This document shows, in pieces, positions 39,141 through 46,905 of a stretch of DNA of 64,000 nucleotides. Source of the DNA: Chloroflexota bacterium (lineage in GTDB: Bacteria > Chloroflexota > UBA11872 > VXNJ01); assembly GCA_965261345.1 (NCBI GenBank), contig OZ253449.1, positions 352,001-416,000 of the forward strand, given 5' to 3'. A model generated the notes under the pieces. That model was given only the letters and a program-made list of their open reading frames with translations. It had not been told where the DNA came from and made no database searches. Position 1 is the stretch's first letter. Every line of letters begins with the position of its first letter. The position numbers were made by a program, and so were the translations under genes.

Positions 39141-41656
39141 TCCTGCTCACCGACCTGCTGGCGGCCACCGGCGGACAATTGCGCGGCAAGGCGTCGCGCG
39201 ACCGCTACACCGGTTTTGCCCACGACAGCCGGCAAATTGCCCCTGGCAGCATATTCGTGGCGATGCGAACCGCCACCGGCGACGGGCACGCGTACATCGC
39301 GGAGGCTATCGCCAATTCAGCCGAGTTGATCCTGTGTCAGCGCCCACCGGATAACGACTGCCCCTACATATTGGTGCCCGATTCACAGACAGCGCTGCGG
39401 GATTACGCACGCTGGGTGATCCGGGAATTTGCTCCGCAGGTCATCGCCGTCTCGGGATCGGTCGGAAAAACCAGCATCCGCGAATTCGCCCACGAAATCT
39501 TTTCCGCCCAGCGGCTCACCTTCCAATCTCCGGAGAATTTCAACGGCCTGATCGGGCTGCCGTTGGCGCTGGGTGGAATCGGCCGCCAACACGCATTTGC
39601 GATCCTGGAGATGGCATCCGACGGTCGGGGTGAATTGGCGGCCCTGGCCAAGATAGCCCCACCAAACGTCCTGGTGCTCGCCGACTTTGACGAGACCTAC
39701 ATCGAGGTTTTCGGCTCGCTGGCCGCAATCGCTAATGAACACCGCGCGCTGGTTGAGGCGCTGGGCCCGACCGGCCTGCTTGTCTATCCCGACGACGACG
39801 CGATCGCGCGGGGTCTAGCCGGCCGGCATCCGGGACCAAAAATCGGCTACGGGCTCACCAGTGGGCAAGTACGTGTCGCAAATCTGCGACGCGGATACGA
39901 GAGCGCCCAATTCGACCTGGCCGGCATCGGAGGGGCGGCCCGCATCAACCTGCCGTTTGGCGGTCGCGGGCAGGTTCGCTGCGCCCTGGCGGCACTTGCC
40001 ACTGGATTGCGGATGGGCCTTGACCGCTCCCTGATGCTCTCCACCTGCGAGCGATTGCGGCCACCACCCGGTCGGATGCGGCGCCTGAGCGGACGCGGGC
40101 GAGTTGAACTGCTAGATGATTCGTTCTCGACTTCCCCGGCCTCGCTGGGCAACGCGTTGGAACTGCTGCGCAAGGCCCCGGGTCAGCGAATTTGCGTGCT
40201 GTCGGGTTTTGAACATTTGGGCGAGCATGCCGCCGCCGCCGCCCGCGCGGCGGCCGACGACCTGGCCAAGATCGACGAACTTGTCCTCTACGGGTCGCAA
40301 GTTTCGCAGATCGCCAGCGCCGCGCGGACGGCCGGACTGGCCGAGCAGCAAATCCACCGCGCGCTCAATGTCAATCAGGCTGAGCGTCTGCTGAGCGGGT
40401 TGGCCAAAGCCGGCGGCACGGTGCTGATCAAAGGTTCAGCGGCGGCCCGGCTGGAAGCATTGACGGCCAAGCTGCTGGCCAATCCGGAGGACCGGTCCCG
40501 CGACCTCTGCCGACAAACACCAATCTGGCGCAACGTTGTGACCGTAAACCCCGACGGCCCGGTTTGGATCAAGATCGATCTCGACGCAATATCCACCAAC
40601 GCCCAATTGATGACCGACCTCGTAGGACCCGCAACCGGAGTGATCGCGGTCCTTAAGGCCGAGGGTTACGGGCACGGCGCGCTCAGGGTCGCCAGCGCGG
40701 CAGTCGCCGGCGGCGCCACCGGAGTGGCGGTGGCCCGGGGCAGTGAGGCTTCCGACTTACGCCGTTCCGGCTTCGCCGGCACCATCCTAGTCCTCGGAGT
40801 CACCCTGCCCCGGCAGCTGCGCAAGACGGTGCTGGCCAACTGCCAGCTGACGGTTTGCGACGCCGACCAGATCGCCGCCACCGCCCAGACCGCGGCCGCC
40901 CTGGGTCGCCGGGTCAGCGTGCACCTAAAAGTCGATACCGGAATGGGCCGGATCGGTTGCCCGCCCGAGGATGCGCTGGCGCTGGCCCGCCAGATCCAGG
41001 CCTCCGGAAGCCTGGATCTGGCTGGTCTCTATACCCACTTTGGCCGGGCCAGCGCGCGGGATCTGAGCGATGCCCGCACCCAGTTGGCAGTTTTTGAGTC
41101 GGTGCGGGAAGAATTTGCGGCGGCCAAGATCAATCCCGGCGTCTGCCATTGCGCAGCGACCGCAGCGGCCATCCGGATGCCCGAGGCCCGGCTCGACGCG
41201 GTGCGGATCGGCATCGGATTGCTCGGAATCGCCCCGGCGCCGGGTATCGATCTGCCGCCGGGCGCCCGTCCGGCACTCTCAATGTACGCCCAGGTGGTGG
41301 CGGTGCGCCGGATGGTGCGCGGAAGCCTTGTCGGGTACGGAACCAGCGGCCGGCTGCGGCGCGATTCGTTGATCGCCACCGTTGGGGCCGGCTACGGCGA
41401 CGGCTTCCGGCGCGGCCCCAGATCCTGGGGACCAGTGCTCATCGCCGGCCAGCAAGTCCCGATTGTGGGCCAAGTCTGCATGGACATGTTCATGGTCGAC
41501 GTTACCGATATCGGTGAGGTTCAACCGGGCGACGAAGTGCTGTTGATTGGCGACCGGGCAGGGGGTGGACCCGGTGCGGGCGAAGCGGCGACACGCAGCG
41601 GCACGATCCCATATGAGGTAATGTCCGGATTGCTCTCGCGGGTGCCGCGTGTCTGA
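39137..41656 (+). CDS. alr: MurF-like domain fused to alanine racemase
   Basis: N-terminal Mur ligase fold (DSR, GSVGKTS, IKGS). C-terminal racemase with AVLKAEGYGHG, HLKVDTGMGRIG, VGYG, CMD, IPYEV. Confidence 0.92.
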   Translation: MILLTDLLAATGGQLRGKASRDRYTGFAHDSRQIAPGSIFVAMRTATGDGHAYIAEAIANSAELILCQRPPDNDCPYILVPDSQTALRDYARWVIREFAPQVIAVSGSVGKTSIREFAHEIFSAQRLTFQSPENFNGLIGLPLALGGIGRQHAFAILEMASDGRGELAALAKIAPPNVLVLADFDETYIEVFGSLAAIANEHRALVEALGPTGLLVYPDDDAIARGLAGRHPGPKIGYGLTSGQVRVANLRRGYESAQFDLAGIGGAARINLPFGGRGQVRCALAALATGLRMGLDRSLMLSTCERLRPPPGRMRRLSGRGRVELLDDSFSTSPASLGNALELLRKAPGQRICVLSGFEHLGEHAAAAARAAADDLAKIDELVLYGSQVSQIASAARTAGLAEQQIHRALNVNQAERLLSGLAKAGGTVLIKGSAAARLEALTAKLLANPEDRSRDLCRQTPIWRNVVTVNPDGPVWIKIDLDAISTNAQLMTDLVGPATGVIAVLKAEGYGHGALRVASAAVAGGATGVAVARGSEASDLRRSGFAGTILVLGVTLPRQLRKTVLANCQLTVCDADQIAATAQTAAALGRRVSVHLKVDTGMGRIGCPPEDALALARQIQASGSLDLAGLYTHFGRASARDLSDARTQLAVFESVREEFAAAKINPGVCHCAATAAAIRMPEARLDAVRIGIGLLGIAPAPGIDLPPGARPALSMYAQVVAVRRMVRGSLVGYGTSGRLRRDSLIATVGAGYGDGFRRGPRSWGPVLIAGQQVPIVGQVCMDMFMVDVTDIGEVQPGDEVLLIGDRAGGGPGAGEAATRSGTIPYEVMSGLLSRVPRV

Positions 41657-42470
41657 AATTTATCTTCACAGCTGGACCTTCCGCGGTCAGTCGCTGGCTC
41701 GGGCAATTGCGGCCGCGTGCGCAATCGGATATGACGGGATTGAACTGCATGAGGGTCACTACGCCTTCCGCGACGACCCGGCCGTTTCGATTGCGGCCGC
41801 CCACGACCAAATAAACGCGGCCGGGCTGGCTCTGGCGGCGGTCCCCCTGCGCCTTGACAGCCGAAACCCCGGCGAACATACGGAAGCGCTGCGATCTGCG
41901 CGCAACGTGCTGGCCGCCGCCGCCGGCCGGACCCGCATCGTCAACTGCATGATCTCGATGATTCCCGGGCCGACGTGGTCACAGGGCGGCTCGGCCGCCG
42001 CCAACCCCGTCCAGCGCAACTGGAGCCGCACTCTGATTGAGGACCTTGTGCCGCTGGCCGAGGAATTTGATCTGCACCTTTGCCTTGAGACCCACATGTG
42101 GTTTGTCCATGACACCGCCGCGGCGGCGGCCGATTTGGTCGCCGGATTGCCGGCGGCGACATTGGGCATCAACCTCGATCTGGCCAACCTGGGCGGCATC
42201 GAACACGGTGAGGGCTGGGACCGGGCGCTTCAGCTGGTCGGCCCTAGGATGACCTATCTGCACCTTAAAAACCATCGAGGGCGCGGACGGCTAACCAGCT
42301 ACGAATATTCGCTGGCCGACGGCCGGATCGATTGGGCCCGGAATCTTTCGGCCCTGGGCCGCACCGGCCGGCTCCCACCAATTTGCATCGAATTCTCCGG
42401 AGCGGGAGATTCTGAAGTCGCCGCCCGGGACGATTTCCTGTTTGTTGAACGCGCGCTGGGCAAGCGGTGA
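41649..42470 (+). CDS. Sugar phosphate isomerase/epimerase (xylose-isomerase-like TIM barrel)
   Basis: GYDGIEL plus the metal-ligand pattern LETH, NLD, LHLK, IEF. Confidence 0.85.
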   Translation: MSEIYLHSWTFRGQSLARAIAAACAIGYDGIELHEGHYAFRDDPAVSIAAAHDQINAAGLALAAVPLRLDSRNPGEHTEALRSARNVLAAAAGRTRIVNCMISMIPGPTWSQGGSAAANPVQRNWSRTLIEDLVPLAEEFDLHLCLETHMWFVHDTAAAAADLVAGLPAATLGINLDLANLGGIEHGEGWDRALQLVGPRMTYLHLKNHRGRGRLTSYEYSLADGRIDWARNLSALGRTGRLPPICIEFSGAGDSEVAARDDFLFVERALGKR

Positions 42471-43855
42471 GCTTTACGCTGGAAACCCTGGGACGAGCGC
42501 TGGGGCAAGACCTGTCCGGCACCGGGTTGGAGTTTTCCGGAATACAGTTCGACTCGCGCCAGCCGTTGCCGGGCGGCCTATTCGTGGCGCTCGCTGGCAG
42601 TCGGCAGAGTGGCCAACACTACGTGCCGGCCGCACTGACCGGTGGTGCCCGAATGGCCCTGGTGCCCAAATTGGCAGTTGATGCAGACCCAGCCTCGCAG
42701 ATCGTAACCGCCGATCCGCTCGCGGCCATTGCGCGCATGGCAACCCTGCAGCGTCGCGAGATGCCAATTGATCATGTGATCGGCATAACTGGATCCAATG
42801 GCAAAACGACCACCAAGGAGGCGGTTGCCGGCGCGCTGGAACCGCTCGGCTTAGTTGCCAAATCGCCGGCCAGCTTCAACAACGAGATCGGGGTGCCGGT
42901 CACGATCGCCGGAATCGACCCTGGCGCCCGCCTGGTGGTGGTGGAGCTGGGCGCCCAGACGGTCGGCGAGATCACCGAGTACTGCCGGATCGCCGATCCC
43001 ACCGACGCAATCATCACCAACATTGGCCGGGCCCACATCGGCCTTTTCGGTTCGCAGGAAAACATTGCCTTCGCCAAGGGCGAGCTGGGAGCCTGGCTTC
43101 GACCCTCGGGAACACTGGTTCTCAATGCCGACGACCCCTTCGGCCCTGGCCTGGCCGGTCGCAGCCGGAGTCGCTTGCGTTGGATTTCGGCCCGTGATTC
43201 GGGCGCCGACGTCTCGGTGCGAACACGCCCAACCGGCGGCGGGTTGACCTTCGAGTTATCGGGTCAGAGCGGGTGCAGCGAGCTGACTCTTCCAACCTAT
43301 TCGCCTGCGGTCGGATTGGCTTGCGCGGCGGCGGTGGCGATCGCTGAAAGCCTGGGCGTGCACATTCACGATGCCGCCAGCGGGATGGAATCAATATCAC
43401 TCCCGCCGCGGCGGATGCAGGTTGTATCCAGCCAGCCGTACCTGGTCATCGACGATTCCTATAACGCCAACTGCGAGTCGGGGAAAGCGGCCTTAGATGC
43501 CCTAATGGCGCTGGAACTCCCGTCCCGGAGGGTGGCGATCCTGGGTGAAATGCTCGAATTGGGGGAATACTCGGCCGCGAGCCATCGTGAACTGGGGGTT
43601 GCAGCCGTAGGGCTGGATCGGTTGCTAACGATCGGCCATCACGCCCGCGGGATCGGCGAGGCGGCGGTGGGTGGCGGTCTCGACCGCTCGCGCTGGTCGC
43701 ATTTTGCCTGTCGTCTGGACGAACCGGCTTCGATAGCCACCGCCCGCGAGGCGGCGCTCAGCCAGCTGGCAGGAATTCTGCGGCCCGGCGACGGCCTGCT
43801 GGTGAAGGGATCGAATGCCCTAGCGCTGACCGAAATCGCCAACGCCCTGGCCTAA
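42467..43855 (+). CDS. murF: UDP-MurNAc-tripeptide--D-Ala-D-Ala ligase
   Basis: GITGSNGKTTTKE, SFNNEIGVP, TNIGRAH, AKGEL, DDSYNAN, GEMLELG, LVKGS. Confidence 0.93.
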   Translation: MSFTLETLGRALGQDLSGTGLEFSGIQFDSRQPLPGGLFVALAGSRQSGQHYVPAALTGGARMALVPKLAVDADPASQIVTADPLAAIARMATLQRREMPIDHVIGITGSNGKTTTKEAVAGALEPLGLVAKSPASFNNEIGVPVTIAGIDPGARLVVVELGAQTVGEITEYCRIADPTDAIITNIGRAHIGLFGSQENIAFAKGELGAWLRPSGTLVLNADDPFGPGLAGRSRSRLRWISARDSGADVSVRTRPTGGGLTFELSGQSGCSELTLPTYSPAVGLACAAAVAIAESLGVHIHDAASGMESISLPPRRMQVVSSQPYLVIDDSYNANCESGKAALDALMALELPSRRVAILGEMLELGEYSAASHRELGVAAVGLDRLLTIGHHARGIGEAAVGGGLDRSRWSHFACRLDEPASIATAREAALSQLAGILRPGDGLLVKGSNALALTEIANALA

Positions 43856-43938
43856 ATTCGCCGGTGCCCGACAGGCTGCCGGACCAAACCCTAAATTGCC
43901 CCCGACCGGGTGAGGCCCGCCGGCTTCAGCCAGCCCTT

Positions 43939-44868
43939 TCACCCGAATTGGCTACGCGATATGGCATCGGCGACGCGGGCTGATTCAACGCCGGCGGCAA
44001 AATCATGGACCCGCACGATATCAGCCCCCTGGGCGATCGCGATCGAATGGGCCGCAATGGTGCCGGCCAGGCGATCGCCGGCCGGATTGCCGGCGGCGTG
44101 ACCGATAACCGATTTGCGTGAGGCACCGACCAGCAGCGGCAATTGAAGGGCTCGCCGAACTCTGCCAATTTGCCCCAGCAATTCGAGGTTTTGGGCCGGA
44201 TTTTTGCCAAACCCGATACCGGGATCAACGATCAGATTGGGCCGCTCAATTCCGGCCGCCCGGGCGGCCGCTACCCGGGCAGAAAGGTGCTCGATCACGT
44301 GGGCCGCTACATCGGAATAGTCCAGGCCGGAGAAATGGCGACCGAGCGGCGATTCGGCAACCGCGGTCCGCACCCGGTGCATTAGCACCAGCGGACAGGC
44401 ACGTTCGGCCGCCAAGTTGGCCATCCTAGGATCGGCGGTAAGGGCCGAGATGTCGTTGATGATGTCGGCCCCACAATCCAGGGCCCGCTCGGCCACCGAG
44501 GCCTTGTACGTATCAACCGAGATCGGCAGGTCGCAGTTATCTCGGATGAAGGAAATTGCCGGCAACAGGCCGGCAATTTCCTGCGCCGCCGATATTGGTT
44601 CCGAGCCCGGCCGGGTCGACTCGGCCCCGATATCTAGCAGATGGCATCCGGCCCTTCGGGCCGCCACCAGGCGGACCGCTAGCGCTTTTAGGTCGTTACC
44701 CAAACCGTCGCCGGAAAATGAATCTGGAGATAGATTTATGATCCCCATTACATAGGTCTGCATGCCCCAGTTAAAAACCCGCCCGCGCACCGTCAGGCTA
44801 TCGGGCCATGCCGCCTCGGGGTCATCCACCTTCTTTTCGATCTGATCAGGCAATTCGGGGTAACCCAT
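43939..44868 (-). CDS. folP: Dihydropteroate synthase
   Basis: MGIINLSPDSFSGDG, GAESTRPG, SVDT, INDIS, DPGIGFGK, SRKS, RVHD. Start uncertain (44829, 44868 or 44910). Confidence 0.96.
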   Translation of the reverse strand: MGYPELPDQIEKKVDDPEAAWPDSLTVRGRVFNWGMQTYVMGIINLSPDSFSGDGLGNDLKALAVRLVAARRAGCHLLDIGAESTRPGSEPISAAQEIAGLLPAISFIRDNCDLPISVDTYKASVAERALDCGADIINDISALTADPRMANLAAERACPLVLMHRVRTAVAESPLGRHFSGLDYSDVAAHVIEHLSARVAAARAAGIERPNLIVDPGIGFGKNPAQNLELLGQIGRVRRALQLPLLVGASRKSVIGHAAGNPAGDRLAGTIAAHSIAIAQGADIVRVHDFAAGVESARVADAISRSQFG

Positions 44869-44926
44869 CACGCCAGAAATTGAACCGCTGCTCCTCCGAG
44901 CCGGACTCAACGTAGCCGCTAGCCCG

Positions 44927-45685
44927 ATTCAGCTCGACGCTCGGGGCAAGCTCACGCTGCCCGGCGGCTGGTCGGCAGGCGAACTGCATCTCCACACGAC
45001 CCATTCGGATGGGACCCGCTCGCTGGATCAAAACCTGCGCCGGGCGGCTGAAATTGGGTTGAACGTGATCGCGGTAACCGATCATGACAAGGTCAGGGAA
45101 GCGTTGAGGGCTCACGCGCTAGCCTCCGATTTTGGTCTGGACGCGGTGGTTGGCACCGAGATTACCTGTCGAACCCAACACCACGTGCTCGGCCTGTTCA
45201 TCAGTGGATCAATTCGGATCTACCAGACGATGGCCGACACGGTCCGGGCAATTCGCGACCAGGGCGGGTTGGCGATCCTGGCTCACCCGTTCATGGGGGT
45301 CCCCAATGCCAGCAACGCCAAACGCATTCTGAGTTGGCTCGAGACGACCGATTTCGACGGGATCGAGTTGGAGAGCCAGTACCTTAACCCTCGGCGGCGA
45401 GAACGTCTGCACGCGTTCTATCGCGAACACTCAGAGCGGCTGGGAGCTGCGATTGGCGGAACCGACGCTCATTTCGGCGACCTCGGACGGTATTTAACCC
45501 TCTTTCCGGGCAGCGGGGCGGCGGCATTGCGCGCGGCTATCGTGAACCGCCGGACCGTGGCCGCTCGGTCCGAACTGGTCTACGATCGGCCCCAACTCCG
45601 GGACCTGGCGCTCAACAATTACCGCAGCCTGCTCTGCTTGAGCATCTACCGCCTGCGGGCGGTGTCTGGTGGCAGCTATCAATAG
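44927..45685 (+). CDS. PHP-domain phosphoesterase
   Basis: ELHLHTTHSDG (44981-45013, in frame upstream of the TTG at 45059), TDHD, AHP, GGTDAH. The start is non-canonical and its exact position is uncertain. Confidence 0.88.
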   Translation: MQLDARGKLTLPGGWSAGELHLHTTHSDGTRSLDQNLRRAAEIGLNVIAVTDHDKVREALRAHALASDFGLDAVVGTEITCRTQHHVLGLFISGSIRIYQTMADTVRAIRDQGGLAILAHPFMGVPNASNAKRILSWLETTDFDGIELESQYLNPRRRERLHAFYREHSERLGAAIGGTDAHFGDLGRYLTLFPGSGAAALRAAIVNRRTVAARSELVYDRPQLRDLALNNYRSLLCLSIYRLRAVSGGSYQ

Positions 45686-45706
45686 CCGGATCCGGGAGCG
45701 ATCAGA

Positions 45707-45919
45707 TAAGGCCCTTTGCCGGCCAGGTGGTCACGTTCCGAGCGGGTGGTTCGATCGGCGGAAATGAGCGCGATCGGCTTGTGCCGTAGGTTGAAAAATC
45801 GCCGCGGCGGCGGTTGACTGGACCCCTCAAGCTAAACGCCGGTCCTACGGCGCAAAGTCCGATTGGATCCGGCGGCGCCCTTCGGAGGATGTTGGGCCGG
45901 GCCCAGGTCGGCGGCCTTA
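45707..45919 (+). ncRNA. Candidate structured RNA (long rod-like imperfect hairpin), family unknown; MITE not excluded
   Basis: Nested complementary segments span the whole intergenic region, including a 12-bp stem 45779-45790/45844-45855. About 9 G-U pairs form only in the + strand transcript. Confidence 0.55.
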
Positions 45920-46873
45920 ACGGAGGCGGTCGACGATCCCGGAAATATCCCGGCCCGGACGCGACCGCTTGTACATCGCGGTCGTCCGGTCGGCCTCTTC
46001 GGGCCAGCGGGAGAACATGATCTCATCGTATGGGGGCTGATCGAGCTGAAAGTAGACACCGATCGGGATCTGGTCGCCCCAGGCAAATGAAAGCTCCAGG
46101 GCGGCCTTCTTCTTATCCACTATTTCGGCCGCGTCGGTAGGGTCTTTAACCTTGGGATCGTGCCCGGCAGCGATAACGTCATATACCCGCGGAATCCGAT
46201 CATCGCGGTCGCGGCCCGAATACCACTCCATGGTGTTGATGTCGTTGTAAACCGGACAGGGCTGGAGGACATCGATATAGGAGGTACCGCGGTGGTTGAT
46301 CGCAGCAACGATGATCTTAGCCAACCCGCGCGGATCCATCGCGTAGGCGCGAGCCACGAAGGTGTAGCCGGCCGAGAGCGCCAACCCAACCGGGTTGATG
46401 GCGTCCTGGATGGCCGGCTCGGCCATGCTGCGGGTCTGTTGGCCTTTGATCTGGGTCGGTGAGGCCTGTCCCTTGGTCAACCCATAGACCCCGTTGTTGA
46501 AAACGATGTAGGTAAAGTCCAGATTGCGGCGACCGGTGTTTACGAAATAACCGGCCCCGATGCCATAGCCGTCACCGTCGCCACCCATCGCCAGCACGGT
46601 CACTTCGTGATTGGCCAGTTTCAATCCGGTAGCCACCGGCAGGGCGCGTCCGTGCAGGGTGTGATATCCATACGTCTTTATGTAATGCGGGGCCTTACCC
46701 GAGCAGCCGATCCCCGACACGATGGCGACCATGTGGGGTGGAATCTGCAACTCGGCCAGCGCCGCCCGAACCGCGTTGATTATTCCAAAATCACCGCAGC
46801 CCGGACACCAATCCGGTTTGTTTTCGGCAGCAAAGTCCCGCGCCGTCAATCTTTCAACCTGCGCTACTGCCAC
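45917..46873 (-). CDS. korB: 2-oxoacid:ferredoxin oxidoreductase beta subunit
   Basis: WCPGCG, SGIGCS, LHGR, GGDGD, YGLTKGQASPT, QPCP. Confidence 0.95.
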   Translation of the reverse strand: MAVAQVERLTARDFAAENKPDWCPGCGDFGIINAVRAALAELQIPPHMVAIVSGIGCSGKAPHYIKTYGYHTLHGRALPVATGLKLANHEVTVLAMGGDGDGYGIGAGYFVNTGRRNLDFTYIVFNNGVYGLTKGQASPTQIKGQQTRSMAEPAIQDAINPVGLALSAGYTFVARAYAMDPRGLAKIIVAAINHRGTSYIDVLQPCPVYNDINTMEWYSGRDRDDRIPRVYDVIAAGHDPKVKDPTDAAEIVDKKKAALELSFAWGDQIPIGVYFQLDQPPYDEIMFSRWPEEADRTTAMYKRSRPGRDISGIVDRLR

Positions 46874-46905
46874 TTATTGCCCACCTATCGCTGCATTGGT
46901 TCGTT

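Noticed and set aside
45707-45919. Assignment of the rod-like element to SRP RNA, RNase P RNA or a simple terminator
   Set aside because: No SRP domain IV (CAGG..GGAA..AGCAG) or RNase P GAGGAAAGUCC motif. It is far longer than a terminator and lacks a U-tract.
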